Shown one piece after another: positions 10,015 through 23,204 of a stretch of DNA of 39,848 nucleotides. The stretch is from Octopus bimaculoides (lineage: Eukaryota): positions 198,317,336-198,357,183 of the forward strand of contig NC_068981.1 of NCBI RefSeq assembly GCF_001194135.2, read 5' to 3'. How positions within the stretch are numbered: the stretch's first letter is position 1; every line of letters begins with the position of its first letter. Made by a program: the position numbers and the translations under genes. Below the pieces are notes generated by a model. The model was not told the origin of the DNA, did no database searches, and saw nothing but the letters and a program-made list of their open reading frames with translations.

Positions 10015-11222
10015 GGCTGACAAATTACATCCCCCTTCAGGTAGATGGCCCTGGTTGATCTGTAGAAAAGCATGGGTAGAAACTCCATAAGATGTACCCA
10101 GTGTAAGCTATGGACACATAAGAGGTGCAGCAATATCAAAGGAAGTTCTAACTGGGAAGATAGTTTTTGTGTGTGGCAGATGCACAGGGGTAATAAACAC
10201 TGAAGATGTACAGAAGACACATTGCATCACATGCCGGGGGAAAAACTAGAAGTAGTTGATAGCTTCTGCTACCTAGGCGACCAAGTCTGTTGTGGGGGTG
10301 GTTGCTCTGTGAGTGTAGCAGCTAGAATAAGAATATCCTGGGTAAAGTTCAGGGAGCTCCTACCTCTGCTGGCAATTAAGGGCCTCTCACTCAGGATGAA
10401 AGGTGGACTGTATGATGCAAGGGTGTAAACTGCCATGCTACATGACAGGGAAACATGGGCCATGACTGTTGAGGACTTACGTAGGCTTGAAAGAAATGAA
10501 GCTAGTATGATCTGATGGATGTGTAATGACAGTGTGCATACATGACAGAGTATAAACACCCTGAGGGGAGAGTTGGACATAAGAAGCATCAAACATGGTG
10601 TGCAAGAGAGATGACTGTTCTGGTATGGTCATGTGCTACATATGGATGAGGTGAGCTGTGTAAGGAAGTGCCACCCCTAACTGTGGAAGAGGTAGACCCA
10701 GGAAGATGTGGGATCAGGTGGTGAAGCATGACCTTTGAACATTTGGCTTCACAGAGGCAATAACAACAGATCTTTGGAGATATACTGTGATTAAGAAGAT
10801 CCTACAATTTAAGTGAGATCGCAACCATTCAAGTCTGGCCCAGCTAAGAGTACCCCTGATGCGTCGGGCGATATGATATGCTTGAGAAGACCTGCTGTGT
10901 CAAGTAAAACCAATACCGTAGCTGTGGCAGGTGGCCCCTGACTGGCTCCCATGCTGGTTGCATGTAAAAAGCACCATCTGAACGTGGTCGATGCCAGGTC
11001 CGTCTGACCGGCTCCCACGCTGGTGGCACATAAAAATCATCCACTACACTCTAGGAGTGGTTGGCATTAGGAAGGGCATCCAGCTGTAGAAACCTTGCCA
11101 GATCAGATTGGAGCCTGGTGTAGCCATCTGGTTTCACCAGTCCTCAGTCAAATCGTCCAACCCATGCTAGCATGGAAAATAGATGTTAAACGATGGTGAT
11201 GATGATGATGATGATGATGATA
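10015..11222 (+). mobile_element. 5'-truncated RTE LINE (RT C-terminus, 3' UTR, (GAT)n tail)
   Basis: GEKLEVVDSFCYLGDQVCCGGGCSVSVAARIRISWVKFRELLPLL; WYGHV; RGRPRK motif; GAT tail at 11191-11222. Confidence 0.9.
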
Positions 11223-11427
11223 GTTTATCGTTATCGTCATTTAACGTCCACTACTTCAGTACTCCCACTACTACCGCTCTGTTTAATATTTCCATATTCC
11301 TTGTCTAAACCTCAAAATTAATTAAAATATTCCTGTGTTTTTTGTTTTTTTTAAAAAACTTTAAACAGAAAAAGGGTTCATAATTTTATTTTTGTTCTGA
11401 AATATTTGATTTCTGCTTGGACTCTAG

Positions 11428-11561
11428 AATTGATCCCTGATACATGGTCACCAATGGGAGACGAGGAATTAATTAAAATTGTTCCAGTCACAAATGGACC
11501 AGAATATGATGACATCCAGGCCACTTTCCGTCGGAATTCTCCTTCATCTCGTATAATCAGT
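11428..11561 (+). CDS. PARP catalytic domain exon 1, copy A (phase 1-0)
   Basis: ctctag|AA acceptor and AGT|gtttgt donor; (E)LIPDTWSPMGDEELIKIVPVTNGPEYDDIQATFRRNSPSSRIIS joins in frame to IERIQN of the next exon. Confidence 0.85.
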
Positions 11562-11947
11562 GTTTGTATTTTTAGTTCTATTTATAAACAATATTTGATG
11601 GTTTATTGTTTTAAAAATGTTAAGCGACGTTTTCTTTGCATAAAAGATTTAAATCTCATGGTATGAACCTATTTTGTGATGGTTCTATGTGTTTTTGGAT
11701 ATTCACAAGAAATCTTGGCTCAACAAAAATTCCTCTGCTTTAACTTCTTGCATTGAATTGTAAATGCAACACCATTTTGCAGCTAAACTATTGTGCCTTA
11801 CCAAAATTTACAGTTGAATCAAAATTGGTATCAAATAAAAAAAAACAAAAGAAACAGATAGGGTTGGGGCTTTTTACCACAAACGTTATTTCTTTGTCAA
11901 AGAAGTGAATTAATTGTCTTTTCATAAATGTATTTCCTTTTCTACAG

Positions 11948-12125
11948 ATTGAGAGAATTCAAAATAAAACATTATACCTGGGATACCAAGCATTGAAGAA
12001 AAAGTTTGAGGTAGAAAATCCAAATATTAGAAATGAAGTTGATGGCCTTTGGCATGGTACTGCTGAAGGATCTGTTAATGGAATAAATAAATCAGGATTC
12101 AACCGTAGCTATTGTGGTAAAAATG
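11948..12125 (+). CDS. PARP catalytic domain exon 2, copy A (phase 0-1), containing the HGT histidine
   Basis: tttctacag|ATT and G|gtgagt; IERIQNKTLYLGYQALKKKFEVENPNIRNEVDGLWHGTAEGSVNGINKSGFNRSYCGKN; GFNRSY is typical of PARP14/15. Confidence 0.93.
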
Positions 12126-13289
12126 GTGAGTATATTATCATCATCATCATCATCATCCACCCACCTTCCATATTGGCCTGAGTTGGACAGACTGTCACTG
12201 TCCACATTGGTCCTTTCTCACACAGAGAGGACAGAGGACGTGATGTTGCTTACACATTCCATGTTTGGCATCGTTTCTACTGCCAGGTACCCTTCCTAAC
12301 ATCTTCTACTCTAGAGTAAACCAGGTGTATTTTATTATTGTGGAACCAACACTTTCGTTTGTTTTCTTTGCTGGATTGGGAGGAAGGGTGTGTCCCCATC
12401 CCCTTCTAAACTGGAGATTGGTTAGCATTAATGCTTCTCTTTAATCTTTGTAAATCAACAATTGCAAGAAAGTCATTAGAAGGGGTGTTGTTGATTGCTA
12501 GACATACATGTCAGGTTGCTCTTGTGCACTATTGGCACCATGTAATCCAGTACAACCTGTTGCATGGTCGGGTCGTTGGCGACTAAACTGGCAAAACCCC
12601 ACTGAGCATTGCTTAGTGGGGAGGGTGATTGTTGCACACCCTGCAGGACCAAAAATAAGACCTGTTAAAGGGCGAAGGAACTACTCTCGTAGTCAATGGC
12701 CATTCAACACAGTGCGTTAAGGTAGGATGGTACTCTTTAGCTTTGGTTAGCAACCTTCCTAGAGATGGTGTCTCAATAAAAATACTTTAAGAGTAGATGG
12801 TTTATCTATCGCCCAGTTTTGCACTCCTACCTAGCTTACTGGTTTGAATAGAGGCTGATTTATGAGCCTTGTTTTCTGGCTGGGGCTTTGAATGCCTGTC
12901 TTAGCCTCTGATGAGGTCTGTTATCTGGTTCATTTGGTCTTCATGTTTCTCTGTTCTTGTTGTTGATCTAGATGAAGGTACCGGATTGTGTAGTTTTCTG
13001 GTTGCTACTTCCACCCGGTGGTTAGGAGCTCGAACTCTCTGGTAGCGCATGGAGAGGCTGCTCTTTCAACAGTTGTATAATATCGGTGTATCCTGTAGTC
13101 GCACATGGATGAGTGTTCCTGTAGCTGCATCTGTGGTATGACGTCAGTGTCTGGGGAGGCTGACCGGAAGGGGGAAAAGGGCAGAGGGAGCCTCGATCGG
13201 GATTCGTGCCCTTTTCGAATGGGGTTGTGGTCAGGACAAGACGTGTTAAGCGACGGTCTAGGTTTGGGAGAGGCAGCTGCTATTCCTGG

Positions 13290-13471
13290 TGTACTTTGGG
13301 TCGGGGCAAGCTTCAAGGATTGGATACCGCAAGACAGACTCGCAGTCGAGGAAAGGTGCGGCGGAGATGTTGGTGAAACGCCGCCTAGGAGTTCTGGGAG
13401 AGCTGATCGCCGAGTTCGGACTGAAGCTGATCATGGTTTTCATGCCTTCGGAAAGAAACAGGGCGGATGCA
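13290..13471 (+). mobile_element. Probable LTR-retrotransposon RNase H fragment, cut by a gap
   Basis: KGAAEMLVKRRLGVLGELIAEFGLKLIMVFMPSERNRADA resembles the Gypsy RNase H end (..NxAD); family recalled from memory. Confidence 0.5.
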
Positions 13472-14344
13472 NNNNNNNNNNNNNNNNNNNNNNNNNNNNN
13501 NNNNNNNNNNNNNNNNNNNNNNNNNNNNNNNNNNNNNNNNNNNNNNNNNNNNNNNNNNNNNNNNNNNNNNNNNNNNNNNNNNNNNNNNNNNNNNNNNNNN
13601 NNNNNNNNNNNNNNNNNNNNNNNNNNNNNNNNNNNNNNNNNNNNNNNNNNNNNNNNNNNNNNNNNNNNNNNNNNNNNNNNNNNNNNNNNNNNNNNNNNNN
13701 NNNNNNNNNNNNNNNNNNNNNNNNNNNNNNNNNNNNNNNNNNNNNNNNNNNNNNNNNNNNNNNNNNNNNNNNNNNNNNNNNNNNNNNNNNNNNNNNNNNN
13801 NNNNNNNNNNNNNNNNNNNNNNNNNNNNNNNNNNNNNNNNNNNNNNNNNNNNNNNNNNNNNNNNNNNNNNNNNNNNNNNNNNNNNNNNNNNNNNNNNNNN
13901 NNNNNNNNNNNNNNNNNNNNNNNNNNNNNNNNNNNNNNNNNNNNNNNNNNNNNNNNNNNNNNNNNNNNNNNNNNNNNNNNNNNNNNNNNNNNNNNNNNNN
14001 NNNNNNNNNNNNNNNNNNNNNNNNNNNNNNNNNNNNNNNNNNNNNNNNNNNNNNNNNNNNNNNNNNNNNNNNNNNNNNNNNNNNNNNNNNNNNNNNNNNN
14101 NNNNNNNNNNNNNNNNNNNNNNNNNNNNNNNNNNNNNNNNNNNNNNNNNNNNNNNNNNNNNNNNNNNNNNNNNNNNNNNNNNNNNNNNNNNNNNNNNNNN
14201 NNNNNNNNNNNNNNNNNNNNNNNNNNNNNNNNNNNNNNNNNNNNNNNNNNNNNNNNNNNNNNNNNNNNNNNNNNNNNNNNNNNNNNNNNNNNNNNNNNNN
14301 NNNNNNNNNNNNNNNNNNNNNNNNNNNNNNNNNNNNNNNNNNNN

Positions 14345-14750
14345 ATATACTGTTCAGTATTTATGCATTGAATAAAAAAAATCTATCTTTCTACTTGTTC
14401 TCCAATACATTTCAACTCCCTAAAAACAAACTTGTTTGTTTACATAGGACGTAATCTACATGACATCTAGTGTTTCTGTATGACTTTATAATTTCTAAAT
14501 TTGCAGAGGAATTTTCCAGTTGGGCAGTTTAGCTTAAAGAGTAGAGCACTCCAACCGAATATTAGAGGAGTGTGAGTTCAATTCTCATGGCTGGCTGCCA
14601 GCAAATTTTTTCTGCTCTTAAAAGAATTTTATCCTTTATATATATATATATACTGTTCAGTATTTATGCATTGAATAAAAAAAATCTTTCTACTTGTTCT
14701 ACAATACATTTTAACGCTTCAAAAACAAACTTGTTTGTTTACATAGGACG
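14345..14750 (+). repeat. Two ~105-bp direct repeats (14345-14451, 14647-14750), each with AATAAA
   Basis: tactgttcagtatttatgcattgAATAAAaaaaatc...aaaaacaaacttgtttgtttacataggacg occurs twice. Confidence 0.85.
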
Positions 14751-14789
14751 ATATATATACATATGGATCTCAGAGAATGTTAGTTAGGG

Positions 14790-15870
14790 TTAACCAGGGT
14801 TTTGCATCCATAAAGTGCTTCACTTTACACATCTCGTCAGACCCTAATAGCCAGTATCCTATAACCTCTCTTCAAAATGGAAAGAGAAAAGGCCTCATGG
14901 CTTGTTTTCAAATGCACAGACTAAGAAAAAAGGTCAAGCACAAGGGATTGTCCCCATTAGATCACTACCTAAAATTCTTGTCAGCTTGAAGGTCCCAGGA
15001 TTTCAGTAAGAATTGCCTAAAGTGAAAAACAAGATCTGAAGACATGCATCTTGCACACAGCAACCAATTCCTCTTATGCCTAACTTCTCTTTCAGAACAG
15101 TGGCACTCTGTTGAACCTGTACACTTACATTGCACATCCAGTGGAACGTACGAGCTTCATTCCTTTCTAACCTTCACATGTCCTCTGAATTCAGGGCCCA
15201 CATCTCTCACTACCATGTAGAATTGCTGTCCACATACAAGCATCAGGCAATCTTCCTTTCACTCAGAGAGAGAAACCTTTCATGAACAACAGAAGTAACA
15301 GCTCTCTGAATTTTCTCCACCCTATACTTATTCTAGCCATCACACTCTTCTTGCATCCTCCCCCACTTTTAGTTTGGTCCCCTAGGTAGCAGAAGTTATC
15401 TACTACCTCTAATGAGCCTCCAGAACATTTGAGAAAATCAATTTCTCAAATCCCTAAAGTTTTTAAGGACCCTGTGCATTTTGCACATACGAAAACTATC
15501 TTCTCTGCTAACCTTCCTATTAATACACTGCACCTCTTGTTTGTCCATAGCTTACACTGGGTGCACAGTATGGAGTTCCTGCCTACACTTTTCCTACCAA
15601 TTGAATAGGGCCACCTACCTGAGTTGGGGATGTCCTGTCAGTTTTCTTGCTTGCTAGGACCTTAGCAATTGCTAAGTTAGATTCCAGGTTTTGCTTCCAC
15701 ACCTGGAATTTCTCTTCTAGTTCTGATATGGAATCTGCTATGAGGGCAAGAGAAGCAGCATATAGTAGTCCCCAAGGGTTGCTGGTCTTAAATTGCTCTG
15801 TTATGGCCTGGAGGACAATGATGAAAAGGAGGGGACTAAGGACTGATCCTTGATGAACCCCTGTGTGTGT
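14790..15870 (-). mobile_element. Decayed RTE LINE RT fragment
   Basis: Minus strand GSVLSPLLFIIVLQAITEQF, EKFQVWKQNLES; homologous to 35570-36380. Confidence 0.85.
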
Positions 15871-16189
15871 GTGTTACAGAGTTTTAGGACTTCCAATTCT
15901 GTTTATTTTATATTTTTATTTCTAATATCAATTATATAAATATATATATATATATATNNNNNNNNNNNNNNNNNNNNNNNNNNNNNNNNNNNNNNNNNNN
16001 NNNNNNNNNNNNNNNNNNNNNNNNNNNNNNNNNNNNNNNNNNNNNNNNNNNNNNNNNNNNNNNNNNNNNNNNNNNNNNNNNNNNTTTCTAAGAATAAAAC
16101 TATTCAAAACAATATTTTTCTATCATTCACACAATATTGTTGTCATTTTTTACTTGAGAAAGAATTATTGCTAAATATTAAAATACATG

Positions 16190-16470
16190 AAGATGCATGG
16201 CTCAGTGGTTAAAGCATCGGGTTCACAATCATGAGGTAATGAGTTCAATTCCCAGAGCAGGCTGTGTGTTATTACATCACTGGTGCCAAGCTGTATTGGC
16301 CTTTGCCTTTCCCTTGGATAACATTGGTGGTGCGGAGAGAGGGGAGGCTGGTATGGATGGGTGACTGCTGGTCTTCCATAAACAAACCTTGCGTGGACTT
16401 GTGCCTGGGAGGAGAACTTTCTAGGTACAATCCCATGGTCATTCATGACTGAAAGGGGTCTTTACCCTTT
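16190..16470 (+). mobile_element. tRNA-derived SINE
   Basis: A box TGGCTCAGTGG (16198-16208) and B box GAGTTCAATTC (16241-16251); head and unique 5' flank shared with 38085-38280. Confidence 0.75.
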
Positions 16471-16489
16471 TAATATAAAACGCAGGCTG

Positions 16490-16690
16490 AAGGGGGCAAG
16501 CCAGCAGAACCATTAGCATGTTGGGCAAAATGCTTAGCAGCAATCCCTCTGGCTTTACGTTCTGAGTTCAAATTCCATCGAGGTTGACTTTGCCTTTCAT
16601 CCTTTCGGGGCCTATAAAATAAGTACCAGCTGAACACTGGGGGTCAATATAATCAACTCACCCGCTCCCATGAAATTGCTGGCCTTGTTC
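16490..16690 (+). mobile_element. tRNA-derived SINE, second family
   Basis: B-box-like gagttcaaatt, then gactttgcctttcatcctttcgggg...aaaataagtaccag...cactggggg; homologous to the 3' parts at 6885 and 22900. Confidence 0.75.
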
Positions 16691-17106
16691 TCTCTCTCTA
16701 ATTAAAATTTAATCTTATATTATTTTTCATAATTTGCATTCTAATCATCTGCAGACACACATTTGAATATGTTTCTGTTTCATCCATTCACTAATGGCCA
16801 GGCTGTGAAGCAGAGTTATTTATTTATGGTTGTATAAAGGAACGGAAATGATACAGAGGTGTGCTCAGAGAAACACCTTGCTTCGAATACCTGTTAACGA
16901 CTCTATTTGGTACATCTTACCTCAAATAACAGTTAACGACTCTATTTCATCATTTCTCAAGACGAAACGATCATCATATATATATATATATATATGTATG
17001 TATATTTATATTATTCACCATGATTGATCGCTGGTCACTAAACCTTTTTTATTTTCTCTCTCCCTGTTTATTTCTGTGTTCCTTTCTGCTGAAGAGCGTA
17101 GGCTCG

Positions 17107-17206
17107 NNNNNNNNNNNNNNNNNNNNNNNNNNNNNNNNNNNNNNNNNNNNNNNNNNNNNNNNNNNNNNNNNNNNNNNNNNNNNNNNNNNNNNNNNNNNNN
17201 NNNNNN
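17107..17206. other. 100-N gap; other gaps at 1506-1787, 2601-2737, 6964-7508, 13472-14344, 15958-16084, 22562-22571, 26472-26571, 32440-32469
   Basis: Directly visible N runs; all X-containing ORFs in the track are artefacts. Confidence 0.99.
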
Positions 17207-17399
17207 ATATGGAAATATTAAACAGAGCGGTAGTAGTGGGAGTACTGAAGTAGTGGTGGTGGTGGTGGTGGGGTCCTGAAAACACCTACCAAAGCTGACT
17301 TTAAAGCACAATACATTTGTTGGAGGTGCCAGATTGCATCCAAGCATCCGAGCCAGTATGGAAAACAAACGGTAACAGAATATGCTGCTGATGAAGATA

Positions 17400-18900
<1,501 letters not shown>

Positions 18901-18959
18901 CCTATTGCCTATTTATACATACATACACACATACATGCATGCATACATATATATCACCA

Positions 18960-19680
18960 CCACCACCATCATCATTTAATGCTAGCTTTACATGCTGGCA
19001 TGGGTTAGACAGTTTGACTGGAACTAGTAAGTTAGAGAACTGCACCAAATTCCAGTCTGATTTCACATGGTTTCTACAATTGGACACCCTTCCTAACACC
19101 AACCACTCCGAGAGTGTAATGAGTACTTTTTACGTCTCACTGGCATGGGTGCCATTTACATGACACCAGCAATGGCCACCACTAAGATTTCATGGGTGAC
19201 ATTCACATAGCACTGGCAATGGTCACAACTACAGTTTCACTTGGTTTGATAAGTTTTCTCAAGCACAGCATATCACCAAAGGTCTCAGTCTCTTGTCATC
19301 ATCTCCATGAGGCCCAACATCAAAGGTTATGCTTCACCACTTCGTCCCTTGCCTCTGAGAGGCCCCCAACATTTGAAGATCAGGCTACTAGTTACGGCCA
19401 CAATTACGATTTCACCTGATTTGACAAGTTTTCTCAAGCACAGCATATCACCAAAGGTCTCAGTCACTTGTCTTTGGCTCCATGAAGCCTGACATTTGAA
19501 GATCCTGCCTCACCGCTTCGTCCCATGGCTTCTTGGGTCTACATCTTCCACAGGTTCCCTGCACAGTTAAAGATTGGCACTTCTTTACACAGCTCTCCTC
19601 TTCCATACGCATCACATGACCATACCAGCCACATTCCTCTCTCTTGCATATTTGCATAGATTGTTTGAAGTGGTGCACCA
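18960..19680 (-). mobile_element. RTE LINE 3' end with internally duplicated UTR segment
   Basis: (CAT)n tail; 'ttgataagttttctcaagcacagcatatcaccaaaggtctcagtc' at about 19247 and 19421; WYGHVMRMEEESCVKKC. Confidence 0.85.
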
Positions 19681-19879
19681 GTTTTATAAATCAAGAAAAA
19701 GGAAGTAGTCAGAATTATGGACAATCTGGTAAGAAAACAGAAAGCTTTCTTTCTTCCAATTCTTTTTTTTACCTTTTATATTTCTCTAACTGAGCCTCCA
19801 AAAATTTAACACACACACACACACACACATATACTTACACACATACTTACATACACACATATAATTATGCACACTTCAT

Positions 19880-20755
19880 CAACATCATCATCATCATTTA
19901 ACGTCCGCTTTCCATGCTGGCATGGGTTGGACGGTTTGACTGAGGACTGGTGAGCCAGATAACTGCACTAGGCTCCAATCTGATCTGGTAGAGTTTCTAC
20001 AGCTGGATGCCCTTCCTAATGCCAACCACTCCAAGAGTGTAGTGGGTGCTTTTACATGCCACCAGCATGAGGGCCAGTCAGGCGGTACTGGCAACGGCCA
20101 TGCTCAAATGCTGTTTTCCATGTATCACCGGCACAAGTGCCAGTAAGGTGACGCTAGTAACGATCATGCTCAAATGGTGCTTTTTACGTGCCACCGGCAC
20201 GGGGGTCACACAGTGGACTTGGCCACGATCATGCTCGGATGATGCTCTTAGCACTCCACTAGCATGGATACCTGTCATGCGGTGCTGTCATCAAATTTGA
20301 TTCCGATTTCACTTTCCTCAACCGCTAGGGTGTGACACTTTTTCACACAGCTATCCTCATCCATTCTCGCCACATGACCATACCAGTGCAGTCATCTCTC
20401 TTGCACACCACATCTGATGCTTCTTAGGTCCAACTTTTCTCTCAAGGTACTTACACTCTGTCTAGTATGCACACTAACATTATACATCCAGTGGAGCATA
20501 CTGGCTTCATTTCCTGCAAGCTTACGCATGTCCTCAGCAGTCACGGCCCATTTCACTGCCATGTAGCATGGCTGTTCATACACATGCGTCATACAGTCTG
20601 CCTTTTACTCTGAGAGAGAGACCCTTTGTCACCAGCAGAAGTAGGAGCTCTCTAAACTTTGCCCAGGCTACTCTTATTCTAGCAACTACACTTTCAGCGC
20701 ACCCTCCCCGGCTACTAACTTGGTCACCTAGGTAACGGAAGCTATCAAAATTCTC
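19880..20755 (-). mobile_element. 5'-truncated RTE LINE with internal deletion
   Basis: DSFRYLGDQVSSRGGCAESVVARIRVAWAKFRELL; tail at 19880. Confidence 0.88.
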
Positions 20756-21118
20756 TTCCCAATTCAATTGCAGAGTTTTTAAACTTACCCTCATACACAT
20801 AATAGTCAGGAATTGTCTGTGAATAAATAATTTGTGATGAATCTCTCAAAAGCACAAAACAGATAATTATCCAAAATCCTGACTACATTCCTTTTTCTTA
20901 TATTTGTGTCTGCAGAGAGATGGAATCTTTGGTTAGATGACTGCCATAGTTCAGCAATGGTTGTCTCATTCAAATTTCCCTTTATTTTGTTGATCATGTA
21001 TTAACCTCCTTTTTGTCACCTATACAAGTTACAAACACGCTTGATGCTTCCTAACTTCCTGATCTTTACAGATTGTGTTACACTATCACTATATATATAT
21101 ATGTATGTGTGTGTATAT

Positions 21119-21672
21119 CATCATCATCATCTAACGTCCGCTTTCCATGCTAGCATGGGTTGGACGATTTGACTGGGGACTAGCAAACCAGATGGCTACA
21201 CCAGACTCCAATCTGATTTGGCAGAGTTTCTACAGCTGGATGGTCTTCCTAACGCCAACCTCTCCAAGAGTGTAGTGGGTGCTTTTTATGTGCCACCAGC
21301 ATGAGGGCCAGTCCGGCGTTACTGGCAACAGCCATGCTCAAATGGTGTTTTTTACATGCCACCTGCACAGGAGTCAGTCCAATGTTTTGTTCACATGCCA
21401 CTGGCACGAGTGCCAGTTAGGTGAAGCTGGAAACAATCACACTCAAATGGTGCTTTTTATGTGCCACTGGCACGGAAGCGAGACCACTGCTCTGGCAGTG
21501 ATCCCGCTCAGATGGTGCTCTTAGCGCTCCACTGGCAAAGGTGCCAGTCATCGAATTTGTTTCAGTTTCGATCTCACTTGCCCCAACAGGTCTTTGCAAG
21601 CTGGGTTTAGTGTCCAATGAAGGAAGGTTGGCATGGGTGCCAGTTGGCGAATTTGGTTCAATTTCGATTTCA
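21119..21672 (-). mobile_element. RTE 3' UTR/tail, left arm of a back-to-back pair
   Basis: (CAT)n and terminal motif; reverse-complementary to about 21890-22430. Confidence 0.85.
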
Positions 21673-21679
21673 GTTGCGT

Positions 21680-22430
21680 CAATAAGGAAGACCTGGGATG
21701 AGGTGGTGAAGCATGACCTTCGAACATTAGACTTCACCAAGGTAATGACTAGTGACCGAGACCTTTGGAAATATGCTGTGCGTGAGAAGACCTGGCAAGC
21801 CAAGTGAGACTATAATCCGAGGCCTCTGCTAGGGGTGTAGCCAGCCCACTTATGCGTACCTTTCCTTCATTGGACACTAAACTCTGTTTGCGAAGACCTG
21901 TTGAGGCAAATGAAATCAATCCAAATTCGACGACTGGCACCCATGCCAACCTCTCCTTCATTGGACACTAAACTCAGCTTGCGAAGACCTGTTGGGGCAA
22001 GTGAAAGCAAAATTGTGATTGAACCAAATTCGATGACTGGCACCTGTGCCAGTGGAGCGCTAAGAGCACCACCCAAGCGTGATCATTGCCAGAGCAGCTG
22101 CCTGGCTTCCATGCCAGCAGCACGTAAATAGCACCATTTGAGCATGACCGTTACCAACATCGCCTCACTCGCACTTGTGCTGGTGGCACGTGAGAAAACA
22201 TTCAAGCGAGGTCGTTGCCAGTGCCGCTGGACTGGCTCCTGTGCAGGTGGCATGTAAAAGCATCCACTACACTCTCGCAGTGGTTGGCATTAGGAAGGAC
22301 ATCCAGCTGTAGAAACTCTGCCAGATCAGATTGGAACCTGGTGCAACCTTCTGGTTTGCCAGTCCTCATTCAAATCCGTCCAACCCATGCTAGCATGAAA
22401 AGCAGATGTTAAACAATGATGATGATGATG
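21680..22430 (+). mobile_element. RTE ORF end with full 3' UTR and tail
   Basis: RKTWDEVVKHDLRTLDFTKVMTSDRDLWKYAVREKTWQAK*, then UTR and (GAT)n. Confidence 0.9.
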
Positions 22431-22743
22431 TAGATGCATTACAGGTGATTTTAGAAATTAGCGTTAGATAAGTCAATGATTATCTAATACATGTGTTCTT
22501 AAGAGATGGGCAAGTATGGAAAAAAAATATGGTCACAAAGAGTGAGAGAAAATATTTGTTTNNNNNNNNNNTTGTTTCAACAAAGAAGAAGAAGAAGAAA
22601 AAGAAGAAGAAGAAATAATAATAATAATAATAATATGTAAATTTTTTTCTCTGTAAATTCATTCAGTTTTATAAATTTAAGAAAAAGATGTTTCCATCAC
22701 TTTATATAGAGAAATCAGTTTTCCAAAATGCATGGTACCTCAC

Positions 22744-22809
22744 CTGTGTTCACCTTTTGATGCCTAGATTTTTTCTTCTGTGACTTCCTTGGTTGAGACT
22801 TGGTTGCAG
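22744..22809 (-). CDS. Basic linker exon of PARP gene copy B (phase 1-1, 66 nt)
   Basis: Long pyrimidine tract ending catacaag|CT; ACAG|gtgagg donor; (A)ATKSQPRKSQKKKSRHQKVNT; phase matches the 24464 exon; no homology support. Confidence 0.55.
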
Positions 22810-23204
22810 CTTGTATGAAAGAAAGGAAAAGTAGAACATAATAATAATGATAATAATATTGATAATTCTTTCTACTGTAGGCACAAGGCCTGAGATTTGG
22901 GGGGTGGGGTGGGGGTGGCTACGTGATTGTATCGAGCCCCACCTCCACCCCAGTGCCCAGTTGGTCCTTATTTCATCAACCCCATGGCTGTTAACTTTCA
23001 TGTAGATGATAGAACTGTATCCTTCTGGCCAATTTCATCATGGATGCATATAAACTTCTGATCTATGGTCACTTTTGTATTTCAGTCTATAAATGAAGCA
23101 AATATCGCACAGGCTTTGGCTTATGTCTAGTACAAGATAACTAAACATAAGAACAGGGAAAACTAAAAATATATGTACTATAATTTATTACAACAAACAG
23201 AAAT

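Noticed and set aside
16190-16270. tRNA gene suggested by A and B boxes (also 38200-38270)
   Set aside because: No cloverleaf or acceptor stem; continues into SINE body
17076-17106. ctgaagagcgtaggctcg, a possible hammerhead/PLE pseudo-LTR core
   Set aside because: Truncated by the gap before GAAA, and stem II is imperfect
19690-19735. Plus-strand exon-like end (NQEKGSSQNYGQS, G|gtaaga)
   Set aside because: No credible acceptor, and the wrong strand relative to the copy B exons in this block
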